Shown: positions 9,710-19,397 of the stretch, in pieces
Numbering within the stretch: position 1 is the stretch's first letter
Layout of the letters: every line of letters begins with the position of its first letter
NCBI GenBank assembly: GCA_965223345.1
Contig: CBDCWG010000012.1
Span: 2,304,001-2,368,000, forward strand
From: Nitrospinales bacterium
GTDB lineage: Bacteria; Nitrospinota; Nitrospinia; Nitrospinales; VA-1
DNA: 64,000 bases
Direction: 5' to 3'
Program-made: the position numbers and the translations under genes
Notes under the pieces: generated by a model
Seen by the model: only the letters and a program-made list of their open reading frames with translations
Database searches by the model: none
What the model was told of the DNA's origin: nothing

Positions 9710-11098
9710 TTAGAAATGCCGGAGCGCCGGTTTGCCCACCGGAAAGACGTTGAACCCGATTTCAAACAGTTCCTGATGATTCAGGTGGTTGCGGCCGTCA
9801 AACACGAAGGCTGGCTTGGCCATGGATTTGTAAATCCGCTCGAAGTCCAGTCCGCGGTACTGTTCCCAGCCGGTCATCAAGGCGATGGCATGCGCGCCTT
9901 CAGCGGCTTTGTACGGATCCTCGATGTATTCCACATTGTCCAGACCCTGCATGTCCTTTTTGGCATTTTCCAGCGCGTGCGGGTCGGTGATGGTCAGATG
10001 GGCTTTTTCCTCCAGCAGGCGCTTGCCGATATAGATCGCCGGCGTGTCGCGCGTGTCACCCGTATCCGGTTTGAACGCGAACCCGAAGAGGGCGACTTTT
10101 TTGCCCACCAGCGTGTTGAACATGCTGCTGAGGATGCGTTTCACGAAACGGTCCACCTGGTAATCGTTGATCGCGATGACCTGTCTCCAGAACTCGGCGA
10201 CTTCGTTCAGCTGGTAGTGCTCGCACAGGTACACCAGGTTGAGGATGTCCTTGCGGAAGCAGGACCCGCCGAAGCCGACGCCGGCGTTCAGGAATTTGTC
10301 GCTGATGCGGGAGTCCTTGCCCACGGCGCGGGAAACCTCCTGCACATCGGCTTCCGTCACTTCGCAGATCGAGGCGATGCTGTTGATGGAGGAGATGCGC
10401 TGGGCAAGGAACGCGTTGGAAGCGAGTTTGGAGAGCTCGCTGCTCCAGACGTTGGTGGTGATGAGTTTTTCCCTGGGAATCCAATTGAGGTAGATGTCCA
10501 GAAGCTGGTCGCGGGCGGCGATGCCGCTGGGGCTTTCGTTGGAGCCGATCAGAATGCGGTCGGGGTTTTCCATGTCGGAGATGGCGGTGCCTTCCGCCAT
10601 GAACTCGGGATTGGAAAGGATTTCGAATTTGACGCCGTTGCTGCCGGAATGCAGGATGGTTTTCAGCGTCTCGGCGTTGCGCACCGGCAGGGTGCTCTTC
10701 TCGATGACGATTTTGTCCGAGCGGGAGTTTTCCTTGATGCGGCGGGCGGTTTTCTCGACAAACTGCAGATCCACGGCTTTGCCCTTGCCCTCGCCGAACG
10801 TTTTGGTGGGCGTGTTGACGGACACGAAAATCATGTCGGCTTCGTCGATTTCCTTGTCGATATCGGTGGAGAAGAACAGGTTTTTCCCGCGCACTTTCTC
10901 GACCCGGTCCTTAAGGCCCGGTTCGAATATGGGCAGCCGGTCCGAGTTCCAGGCGTCGATCCGCTCCTGGGAAATGTCCACCACGGTGACTTTGTGGTCG
11001 GGGCATTTGTTGGCAATCACCGTCATCGTGGGGCCTCCCACGTAACCGGCGCCGACACATACGATTTTCTTTGAAAATTCCTTGTTCTCCATCGTCAT
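9710..11098 (-). CDS. ugd: UDP-glucose 6-dehydrogenase
   Basis: GAGYVGGPT Rossmann motif, EKST, SNPEF, GFGGSCF catalytic Cys, AFKPDTGD and FDGRN. Confidence 0.95.
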   Translation of the reverse strand: MTMENKEFSKKIVCVGAGYVGGPTMTVIANKCPDHKVTVVDISQERIDAWNSDRLPIFEPGLKDRVEKVRGKNLFFSTDIDKEIDEADMIFVSVNTPTKTFGEGKGKAVDLQFVEKTARRIKENSRSDKIVIEKSTLPVRNAETLKTILHSGSNGVKFEILSNPEFMAEGTAISDMENPDRILIGSNESPSGIAARDQLLDIYLNWIPREKLITTNVWSSELSKLASNAFLAQRISSINSIASICEVTEADVQEVSRAVGKDSRISDKFLNAGVGFGGSCFRKDILNLVYLCEHYQLNEVAEFWRQVIAINDYQVDRFVKRILSSMFNTLVGKKVALFGFAFKPDTGDTRDTPAIYIGKRLLEEKAHLTITDPHALENAKKDMQGLDNVEYIEDPYKAAEGAHAIALMTGWEQYRGLDFERIYKSMAKPAFVFDGRNHLNHQELFEIGFNVFPVGKPALRHF

Positions 11099-11534
11099 CC
11101 TCTGAAATGATTGAAGGCTCTATTTATAAAAAAGGGTCGTGGTTTGCAGGGTCTCAGGCCTGTTTACATGTCTGCGGAATCGCAGGCCCGGCAGTCTCCT
11201 AGCAGCGAGTATAGATTGCGGGTATCACGCGCGGATCAAGCGAACGTCACAACCTTGTCACTATTCAGCGCGGTCCCGGGCCTCCCTGGAACCGTCAGGA
11301 AGTGCTTAAATCGCCAGCGGATTCAACTGCGGATCCCCGGCTCGCAACGGCAATGTTTGCTTTCAGATCACCGGGGAGCGTGGTATATTCCGGCGGATCG
11401 GTTCCGAAACCCGCTTTGCGGCAAAGGCCGGATTGCGTCTTCCGTTTTGAATGCGCTTTATTCCAAAGTTAAGCTTCACATCCCGCAAGATCAAGCCCTA
11501 CTTGAGCGAAAGATCGGTTGCGCCGGAGGAAGGA

Positions 11535-12986
11535 TTGTTTAACAAGTTGATATCCTTGATCGGGTGGCTGGCAGGCTGCCTTGTCTTTATTTTTTTCCTG
11601 ACCGGCTGCGACAAGAAGATGTCCCAGTCGAAACTGGAAGCGCGTTCCCTGCAGGAAAACCCCGGCTCCGGAAGCGCCCGGTCGGGGATTTTCGCCGAAT
11701 CGTTCCTCTCCATCCTCCCCGGAAAAACCGGGTTCGGGATGGACACCCCCGCAGGCAGCGGCCCCGAACGAGCCGGAGGGACCGTCGTCCACGTCACCAG
11801 CCTGGCCGACTCAGGCTCCGGCACCTTGAGAGAAGCGCTCGCCACCGATGGGGCGCGGATCGTCGTGTTCGATGTTTCCGGATACATCGAACTCAAAACG
11901 GTGCTCAAGGTCGAGCATCCCTACCTGACCATCGCAGGGCAGACCGCACCCTCGCCCGGAATCACCCTCAAGGGAGCGGGCATCGAGATCAACAGCCACG
12001 ACGTGTTGATCCAGCACATCCGCGTGCGGGTCGGGGACGCCGAGGAAGGGCCTTCCCCATCTGTCCGCGGCGGCATCGGGGTTTACGATTTTCCCGACGA
12101 AGAGGATGTGTACAACGTCGTCATCGATCATGTTTCGGTGAGCTGGGCCGTCGATCAGAATTTCGACACCTGGTACGAGGGCGTGCACGATGTCACCATT
12201 TCCAACAGCATCAGCAGTGAGGCGCTGTGGCATTCCATTCACCCCAAGGGCCCCCACTCGAAAGGCATGCTGGTCGGCTACGGGACGCACAATCTCTCGG
12301 TGATCGGCAATCTGTTCGCGCACAATGACCAGAGAAACCCGAACGTGCACGGCAACACCAGCATTCTTTTCGTCAACAACCTCATCTACAACTGGTACGG
12401 TTCGCATCCGGTGCGGGCCGCAGGCGGATTCGGGTCCGATTACGGCCCTTTCGACGCCACGCTGGTCGGCAACGTCTACCTGCGGGGCAAAGACACCGTC
12501 AAGGGCGGCAGAAAAAGCATTCCCATCGAAGTGGATGAAGACACCGCGGATGAGTCCCGCATGTACATCCGGGACAACTGGGTCGATCAACGCGCCTTCG
12601 ATTCGTGGGATATCGTCAAGATGCTGGCCGACGACGACGTGCGGGTAGACACGCCGCCGGTGTGGATTCCGGCATTGCAAATCAAACGCAGCGCACATGT
12701 GCCCCGCCTGATTTTCGAGAGCGTGGGAGCCCGGCCGGCGGACCGGGATGCGGTCGATCGGCGTATCCTGACCGATGTGAAGCGGATTTCCGGGCGCATC
12801 ATCGACAGCCCCAAACAGGTCGGGGGCTGGCCGCCTCTGGCTCACAACGTGCGCGGAAAAGGCGGGGTTCCCAAACTGAATATTCCTTCCCAGAAAATCC
12901 AGCCGAGCGGCTACACGCAGCTTGAGGAATGGCTGCACTCCCTGTCTCACAAGGTCGAGAGACCTCCCATGCTGCCGGAACGCTGA
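11535..12986 (+). CDS. Pectate lyase (PL1)-like beta-helix lipoprotein
   Basis: GFG..GG.V.HVTSLADSGSGTLREA, TIAGQTAP, VVIDH and QRNP motifs. TTG 11535 after GGAGG gives a signal peptide ending in lipobox LTGC. The ORF could extend to 11451. Confidence 0.82.
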   Translation: MFNKLISLIGWLAGCLVFIFFLTGCDKKMSQSKLEARSLQENPGSGSARSGIFAESFLSILPGKTGFGMDTPAGSGPERAGGTVVHVTSLADSGSGTLREALATDGARIVVFDVSGYIELKTVLKVEHPYLTIAGQTAPSPGITLKGAGIEINSHDVLIQHIRVRVGDAEEGPSPSVRGGIGVYDFPDEEDVYNVVIDHVSVSWAVDQNFDTWYEGVHDVTISNSISSEALWHSIHPKGPHSKGMLVGYGTHNLSVIGNLFAHNDQRNPNVHGNTSILFVNNLIYNWYGSHPVRAAGGFGSDYGPFDATLVGNVYLRGKDTVKGGRKSIPIEVDEDTADESRMYIRDNWVDQRAFDSWDIVKMLADDDVRVDTPPVWIPALQIKRSAHVPRLIFESVGARPADRDAVDRRILTDVKRISGRIIDSPKQVGGWPPLAHNVRGKGGVPKLNIPSQKIQPSGYTQLEEWLHSLSHKVERPPMLPER

Positions 12987-13003
12987 CGCGTGTGCGCCTG
13001 GTT

Positions 13004-13987
13004 TCAGACCCCGTGCAGTTTGCGGCGCGCCATCCCGGTGAGGCGATCCATCGCGTTAGAGAATTTGGAGTGGTCGATCAGGTACACCAGGTAGCCCACC
13101 GGCATCATGATCGCCCACAGGACTTTGGAAAATCCCTTGTTCACGGATTTCGACAACTGCACCACTCTCTCGCCCGCGTGCTTGGCGTAGCGGGTGTAGA
13201 GGAATGCGGAGATGAAAAACGTGTGCGGCGAATGCCGGAACCAGCGGATGCCGTCGTTGAGGATGGTGAGGTTGCGCATGGCCCGCGCCTTGGAATTTTT
13301 GTGCGGCGGCGTCGGCAAAGACATCTGATCCGCCCGGCCGTCCTCGGCGATGTAGTAGATGCGCAGCTGCTCGTTGACGTAGCGGGTCTGGTACTTTCGC
13401 GCGATCGTGATCCAGATCGAACCCGGCAGCATGTGCACGCCGTTCTTCAGGTCGGGGAAGGGGTACTGGCGCAGCACTTCCACCCGCTGCATGCCCCACT
13501 TCTCACCCTTGATTTTGTATTTGAAGGAATTCTCGCCGGAGTTGGAGTCGAACACATCCCTGGGATAGGGATCGCCCACCAGTTTGCCGTTCTGGTCCTT
13601 GCACAAGGCCGTGACGCCGATGAACTTGTCCTTGTCGGCGTCGGGGATGTCCTCCCAGTGCTTGAGCAGCCGCTCCAGCCCTTCCGGGACGATGGCGTCG
13701 TCGGAATCCAGGTTGGTCAGGAAGCGCCCGCGCGCTTCGGCGACGCCACGGTTCCAGGCGATGTGCCAGCCGGTGTTGTGTTCCCAGGAAAAATGGCGGA
13801 TGGGAAAGTCGGCTTCCTGTTTCCACTTCTCCACCAGTTCGTCGGTGTTGTCGGTGGAACCGTTGTTCATGATGACCCACTCAAAATCCCGGAAGGTCTG
13901 GGCCTTGAGGCTGTCGTACACGCGGTGCAGGCAGAACGCACGGTTGTAGGAGCAGGTGAACACGGTGATGGTGTGGTCGTAACTCAT
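13004..13987 (-). CDS. Glycosyltransferase family 2
   Basis: TVFTCSYNR, NNGSTD and LDSDD motifs. Confidence 0.9.
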   Translation of the reverse strand: MSYDHTITVFTCSYNRAFCLHRVYDSLKAQTFRDFEWVIMNNGSTDNTDELVEKWKQEADFPIRHFSWEHNTGWHIAWNRGVAEARGRFLTNLDSDDAIVPEGLERLLKHWEDIPDADKDKFIGVTALCKDQNGKLVGDPYPRDVFDSNSGENSFKYKIKGEKWGMQRVEVLRQYPFPDLKNGVHMLPGSIWITIARKYQTRYVNEQLRIYYIAEDGRADQMSLPTPPHKNSKARAMRNLTILNDGIRWFRHSPHTFFISAFLYTRYAKHAGERVVQLSKSVNKGFSKVLWAIMMPVGYLVYLIDHSKFSNAMDRLTGMARRKLHGV

Positions 13988-14046
13988 GACTCAATCTCCT
14001 TTGCTCCCCCCGGGCCAATTTGATGTTGATGGATTGCCATCGATTG

Positions 14047-15075
14047 TTATTTCAGAACGGTTGAATTTTTTACGGAGTAATAGGACGTAAACCATTCGAC
14101 GAAACGTTTGACGCCCTCGTGAATATTGAACTTGGGTCTGTAACCGAAATCCTCGATCAGGCCGGAAACGTCCGCGTGCGATTTGTGAAAGTCGCCGAGC
14201 TGAAACGGCATCATGTTCAGCTGGGCTTTCACACCCAGGTTTTTCTCGATCTCGCGGATGAAGTCCATCAGCTTGACCGGAGAGTTGGAACCGATGTTGT
14301 ACAGCCGGAACGGCGCCGACGAGGTGCAGGGATTGGGCGCGGTCTCGTCCCATTCCGGATCCGGCTCGGCCACTTTCTGCACCACGCGGATCACGCCTTC
14401 GACGATGTCGTCGATGTAGGTGAAATCGCGGATCATGTTGCCGTGGTTGAACACGTCGATGGGTTTGTCCTCAAGGATGTTCTTGGTGAACAGGAACAGA
14501 GCCATATCCGGACGGCCCCACGGCCCGTACACGGTGAAAAAACGCAGTCCCGTGACGGGCAGGTTGAACAGGTGCGCGTAGGAATGCGCCATCATCTCGT
14601 TGTCCTTCTTGGTGGCCGCATACAGGGAGACCGGATGGTTGGCGCCGTCCTGCACGGAAAACGGGTATTTCTTGTTCAACCCGTACACCGAGCTGGTGGA
14701 GGCGAACACCAGATGTTCCACCTGATGGTGGCGGCAGCCTTCGAGAATGTTGAGCGTGCCCACCACATTGCTCTGGATATAGGTGTGCGGGGCCTGCAGA
14801 GAATAACGGACGCCCGCCTGCGCTCCCAGATGGATGACCCGCTGCGGTTTTTCCTTGTTGAACAGCTTGGCCACCGCCGCCTGATCGGACAGGTCGTCCT
14901 TGTAGAACGTGAAATCGGAAAATTCTTTCAGCAGTTTCAGCCGGGACTTTTTCAGCTCGACGGAGTAGTACTTGTTCATGTTGTCGAGGCCCACCACTTC
15001 GTGTCCCATACCCAATAGGCGTTTCGCTGTGTGAAAACCGATGAATCCCGCTGCGCCTGTGACAAGAATTTTCAT
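14047..15075 (-). CDS. NAD-dependent epimerase, UDP-glucuronate 4-epimerase type
   Basis: GAAGFIG, QAGVRYS, YAATK and FFTVYGPWGRPDMA signature. Confidence 0.92.
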   Translation of the reverse strand: MKILVTGAAGFIGFHTAKRLLGMGHEVVGLDNMNKYYSVELKKSRLKLLKEFSDFTFYKDDLSDQAAVAKLFNKEKPQRVIHLGAQAGVRYSLQAPHTYIQSNVVGTLNILEGCRHHQVEHLVFASTSSVYGLNKKYPFSVQDGANHPVSLYAATKKDNEMMAHSYAHLFNLPVTGLRFFTVYGPWGRPDMALFLFTKNILEDKPIDVFNHGNMIRDFTYIDDIVEGVIRVVQKVAEPDPEWDETAPNPCTSSAPFRLYNIGSNSPVKLMDFIREIEKNLGVKAQLNMMPFQLGDFHKSHADVSGLIEDFGYRPKFNIHEGVKRFVEWFTSYYSVKNSTVLK

Positions 15076-15135
15076 AAACCTGTTCTCTCCAAAAATGAAC
15101 GATTGAGGTTCGCCGCGGGGCGAACCCCGGTGGCA

Positions 15136-16275
15136 CTATTCGTTGTAGAACGCCTTGATCGTCTGCACCACGTATTCCTGCTGCTCGGCGGTCATGCCGG
15201 GGTAAACCGGCAGCGCCAGCGTTTCGCGGCAGGCGGTTTCCGCCTCGGGGAAATCCCCTTCCTTGTAGCCCAGATAACCGAAGCAGTCCTGCAGGTGGAA
15301 GGGAACCGGGTAGTACACCTCGGTGCCGATCCCCTGATCTTTCATATGAGCGCGCAGAGCGTCGCGATCCTGCACGCGGATCACATACTGATTGTAGATG
15401 TGATGATTGAGCACCTTGGAATCGGCGTACACCGTCTGCGGAACCTTCACACGGCCGGTTTCGATCAGACAGTTGTCCTGAAACAGCCGGTCGTAGCGGC
15501 CGGCGTTTTCCCGGCGTGCGGCGTTCCAGGACTCCAGGTGGTCGAGCTTCACGTCCAGCACGGCGGCCTGCAGGCTGTCCAGGCGGAAATTGCCGCCGAT
15601 GAGCTTGTGGTAATACTTGGGACGGCTTCCGTGCACTCTGAGAATGCGGATCCTGTCTTCCAGTTCCGCATCGTTGGTGACGACCATGCCGCCGTCGCCG
15701 AAGCCGCCGAGGTTTTTGGTCGGGAAAAACGAAAAGCAGCCGAGATCGCCGAGGTTGCCGGTTTTTCGGCCGTCCTTGTATTGCGCGCCCAAAGACTGGG
15801 CGGCGTCCTCCACCACTTTCAGGTTGTGCTTGCGCGCGATCTCGACGATGCGCTCGCTGTCGGCGCACTGGCCGTACAGGTGCACGGGAAGGATCACTTT
15901 GGTTTTTTCCGAGATGGCCGCTTCGATTTTTTCCGGGTCGATGTTGTAGGTCACCGGATCGATGTCCACGAACACCGGTTTGGCTCCCAGCCGGGAGACG
16001 CAGCCCGCCGTCGCGAAAAAGGAAAACGGCGTGGTGATGACTTCGTCGCCGGGCTTCACGTCCAGCCCCATGAGCGAGATGAGCAGGGCGTCGGTGCCGG
16101 AGGAGACGCCGATCGCGAATTTCGTGCCGCAATAGTCGGCGATTTTTTTCTCGAAGTTCTGCACTTCCGCGCCGAGGATGAACGCGTTTTTCTTGATGAT
16201 CCGTGTGATCGCCTGGGACAGTTCCCCTTCGATGGGGTCGTGCTGCAGGCTCAAATCCAGTAAAGGTATATTCAT
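15136..16275 (-). CDS. DegT/DnrJ PLP aminotransferase (WbpE-like)
   Basis: Start MNIPLLDL. SGTDAL, PVHLYGQ, EDAAQ and SFFPTKNLG (PLP Lys) motifs. Follows wbpA/wbpB-D-like genes. Confidence 0.92.
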   Translation of the reverse strand: MNIPLLDLSLQHDPIEGELSQAITRIIKKNAFILGAEVQNFEKKIADYCGTKFAIGVSSGTDALLISLMGLDVKPGDEVITTPFSFFATAGCVSRLGAKPVFVDIDPVTYNIDPEKIEAAISEKTKVILPVHLYGQCADSERIVEIARKHNLKVVEDAAQSLGAQYKDGRKTGNLGDLGCFSFFPTKNLGGFGDGGMVVTNDAELEDRIRILRVHGSRPKYYHKLIGGNFRLDSLQAAVLDVKLDHLESWNAARRENAGRYDRLFQDNCLIETGRVKVPQTVYADSKVLNHHIYNQYVIRVQDRDALRAHMKDQGIGTEVYYPVPFHLQDCFGYLGYKEGDFPEAETACRETLALPVYPGMTAEQQEYVVQTIKAFYNE

Positions 16276-16294
16276 TGCCACTGTGCCACTCTTT

Positions 16295-17857
16295 TCAGGA
16301 TAAAGGTTGAAGTTGGTCTTCCTTGACGGAATATTCGCGTTTGCACACGGAGCAGGCTCCGTGATCGAAATTGACTTGCAGTTTTTCGCCGCACTCGCAC
16401 ATCCAGCCGACGCGCTTGGCGGGGTTGCCCACCACCAGGGCGTAGTCCGGGACGTCCTCGGTGACCACCGCTCCGGCGCCGATGAAGGCGAATTTGCCGA
16501 TGCTGTTGCCGCAGATGATCGTCGCGTTGGCTCCGATCGTGGTGCCGCGCCGCACCAGCGTGGTTTTGAATTCGTTCTTGCGCGGGATGGCGCTCCTGGG
16601 ATTGAACACGTTGGTGAACACGCAGGAGGGGCCGCAGAACACATCGTCTTCCAGGACCACGCCCTCATATACGGAAACGTTGTTCTGGATTTTCACGTTG
16701 TTGCCGATGATGCCGCGCGGGCCGATGACCACGTTCTGGCCGATGTTGACGTTGTTGCCGATCTTTGAGTTTTTAAGAATATGCGAGTAGTGCCAGATCT
16801 TGGTGCCTTTGCCGATGACACAGCCTTCGTCCACATAGCTGGACTCGTGCAGAAAATAGTCGTTGGCGCTGCCGTCGGGGGAGAGACCCTCCATGTTGGC
16901 CTGCGCCTGCTCCAGCACCCGCAGCACCCGGAGGCCTTCCTCGCCGTCGGTCTGGATGGGTTTGCCGCCGATGCCGTCCAGGAACGCACGGCATTCCTCC
17001 AGCAGGGGTTCCTGCCAGTCGCCTGAGAGGTCGATGGCAATGCCTTCCTTTTTCTGCGGCACCGGGGTGTTGCCCTGCCACAGGATGTTGTGCGGGTACA
17101 CGACGAGCTTTTCCTCGCGCGGCGCGGTGTCGTCGAACACCACCATTTTGCGGTCGCCGATCACCACCAGCTTCTGCTCCTTGAACGGATGCAGCCAGGA
17201 CACGAAGATGTGCGCGGAGATGCCGCTGGGGAATCTCAGGTGCGTGAGCGTCGAGTCCGCGATCTTGGGATGCAGGATGGTTGAGCCGAAGGCTTTCACG
17301 GAAACCGGTTCCTCGCCGATCAGAGACAGGATCACCGAGATGTCGTGCGGGGCGAAGGACCAGAGTATGTTTTCTTCTTTACGGATTTTCCCCAGGTTGA
17401 GCCGGTTCGAATAGACGGACTGCAATTTGCCCAGCTCGCCGGTCTGGATCATGTCCTTTATTTTCAGGATCGCCGGATGGTAGTGCAGGATGTGGCCGAC
17501 GAACAGCACCTTGCCGGTTTGTGCGGCGAGGGCGTTGAGCTCCTTGCCTTCCCGTTCGGTGAGGGCGAGGGGTTTTTCCACGAACACGTGCTTGTTGGCC
17601 AGCAGGGCGTCTTTCGCCATGGTGTGGTGCATCGCCGCAGGCGTCGCGATGGCCAGGGCGTCGATGTCCGGCCGGGATATCAGGTCTGTGAAAGAGCTGG
17701 TGACTTCCACATCGGGGTAGTTTTCCTTATGGATCTTACAGACTTCTTCAGAAGGGTCGCAGATGACTTTGAGGACACCGAGATTGTTGAATGTCCTGGC
17801 GAGATTTTTCCCCCAATATCCCGCGCCGATCAACGCGACGTTCGGTTGGTTTGGCAA
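16295..17857 (-). CDS. Fused Gfo/Idh/MocA 3-dehydrogenase (WbpB-like) + hexapeptide N-acetyltransferase (WbpD-like)
   Basis: N-term GAGYWG, EKP and APHD motifs. C-term hexapeptide repeats with [18 protein letters not shown] and GWMCECG. TTG start with GGAGG RBS. Confidence 0.9.
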   Translation of the reverse strand: MPNQPNVALIGAGYWGKNLARTFNNLGVLKVICDPSEEVCKIHKENYPDVEVTSSFTDLISRPDIDALAIATPAAMHHTMAKDALLANKHVFVEKPLALTEREGKELNALAAQTGKVLFVGHILHYHPAILKIKDMIQTGELGKLQSVYSNRLNLGKIRKEENILWSFAPHDISVILSLIGEEPVSVKAFGSTILHPKIADSTLTHLRFPSGISAHIFVSWLHPFKEQKLVVIGDRKMVVFDDTAPREEKLVVYPHNILWQGNTPVPQKKEGIAIDLSGDWQEPLLEECRAFLDGIGGKPIQTDGEEGLRVLRVLEQAQANMEGLSPDGSANDYFLHESSYVDEGCVIGKGTKIWHYSHILKNSKIGNNVNIGQNVVIGPRGIIGNNVKIQNNVSVYEGVVLEDDVFCGPSCVFTNVFNPRSAIPRKNEFKTTLVRRGTTIGANATIICGNSIGKFAFIGAGAVVTEDVPDYALVVGNPAKRVGWMCECGEKLQVNFDHGACSVCKREYSVKEDQLQPLS

Positions 17858-17920
17858 GAGCGGCCTCCGTTCTCATGTGTGGGTTGCAGGACCGGTCTGC
17901 AGCCGGTCCGGGTGATTCTG

Positions 17921-19252
17921 TCAGGCTTTGATGATTTTGTCGGAACGGATCCTGCCACAGGCGTTCCGCGTGTCCACCACCAGTTTTGATTTTTTGACGA
18001 TGCTTTCGTAGTCGTAAACCGAATGATCGGTCAGGATGAGCGTCATGTCGTACTGACCGATGTTTTCCAGGGGCACGCTTTTTCGCCCCTCGAACTGTCC
18101 GTAATCCCGCTTGGAACCGAGCACCGGGATGTACGGATCGTTGAAGTCCACCTTTGCGCCGTATTCCTCGAGCAGTTCCATGATCTTGAAGCTGGGCGAT
18201 TCGCGTGCGTCGTCAACGTTTTTCTTGTACGCCATGCCGAGGATGAGGATGCGGCTTTCCTTCAGGCTTTTGCCGGTGTTGTTGAGCGCGCGCAGGATTT
18301 TCTGCAGCACGTATTCTGGCATGGATATGTTGATCTCACCGGCAAGCTCGATGAACCTCGTGGACACGCCGTATTCGCGCGCTTTCCAGGTCAGGTAGAA
18401 CGGGTCGATGGGAATGCAGTGGCCGCCCAGCCCGGGGCCCGGATAAAAGGGCATGAAACCGAACGGCTTGGTGCTGGACGCGTCGATCACTTCCCAGATG
18501 TCGATCCCCATTTTGTCGAAGATGATTTTCAGCTCGTTGACCAGGGCGATGTTGATGGAGCGGAAGATGTTTTCCATCAGCTTGGTCGCTTCCGCCGCCT
18601 TGGTGCCGGACACCGGCACGGTCTTCTCGATGATCGCCAGGTACAGGGTGTTGGTCAGTTCCAGTCCCAGCTCGGTGTCGGCGCCGAGAACCTTGGGAAT
18701 GGTTGCGGTGGAGTACTGCTTGTTGTTCGGGTCCTCCCGTTCCGGGGAATAGGCCACGAAGAAATCCTGATTGGCCTTGAGCCCGCTGCCTTCTTCCAGT
18801 TCGGGGATCAGCACCTCGATGGTGGTTCCGGGAAACGTGGTCGATTCCAGAATGATCAGCTGGTCCTTGCGCAGATAGGGAGCCATCTGGTGGGCGGTGG
18901 CCACGATGAAGCTCATGTCCGGTTCCCGGTTGTGGTTCAACGGCGTGGGAACGCAGATGAGCACGCAGTCCAGGTTCGCGACGCTGGAAAAATCGGTCGT
19001 GGCCTGAAACCGGCCGCTTTCTACCAGTTTGGCGATCTTCTCGCTGGAAATGTGGCGGATGTAGCTTTCGCCCTTTTCCAGCCGATCGACTTTGCCGGGA
19101 TCAACGTCGAGTCCGACCACGGAAAAACCGGCTTTGCTGAATTCGATGACCAGCGGCAGACCCACGTAGCCGAGCCCGACCACACCCACGGTTGCGGTTC
19201 TTTCTTTTATTTTTTGTAGTAACAAGGTTGCTTCTCCCTCATTCATTGGCAT
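17921..19252 (-). CDS. wbpA: UDP-N-acetylglucosamine 6-dehydrogenase (WbpA-like)
   Basis: GLGYVGLP, CVPTP, ESTTFPGTT, YSPERED and PGPGLGGHCIPIDP motifs. Confidence 0.88.
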   Translation of the reverse strand: MPMNEGEATLLLQKIKERTATVGVVGLGYVGLPLVIEFSKAGFSVVGLDVDPGKVDRLEKGESYIRHISSEKIAKLVESGRFQATTDFSSVANLDCVLICVPTPLNHNREPDMSFIVATAHQMAPYLRKDQLIILESTTFPGTTIEVLIPELEEGSGLKANQDFFVAYSPEREDPNNKQYSTATIPKVLGADTELGLELTNTLYLAIIEKTVPVSGTKAAEATKLMENIFRSINIALVNELKIIFDKMGIDIWEVIDASSTKPFGFMPFYPGPGLGGHCIPIDPFYLTWKAREYGVSTRFIELAGEINISMPEYVLQKILRALNNTGKSLKESRILILGMAYKKNVDDARESPSFKIMELLEEYGAKVDFNDPYIPVLGSKRDYGQFEGRKSVPLENIGQYDMTLILTDHSVYDYESIVKKSKLVVDTRNACGRIRSDKIIKA

Positions 19253-19397
19253 GGTGTGTGAAAGAACGAAATTTTCAGGTGGTTTCCAGACCCGTTTTCA
19301 GGATTCCCATCTGCGGATGGAGTCCAGCGGGTGCTCTTGAAACACCGGTATCTCCGGGCCGGTTTTTCAAGACGGATGCAGCGCGATCGGTGTGAAT

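Noticed and set aside
9716..11074. Long plus-strand ORF antisense to ugd (similar ones at 18023-19219, 52553-54292 and 54554-55990)
   Set aside because: Shadow frames of well-identified genes, caused by GC3-rich codon usage. No independent motifs.
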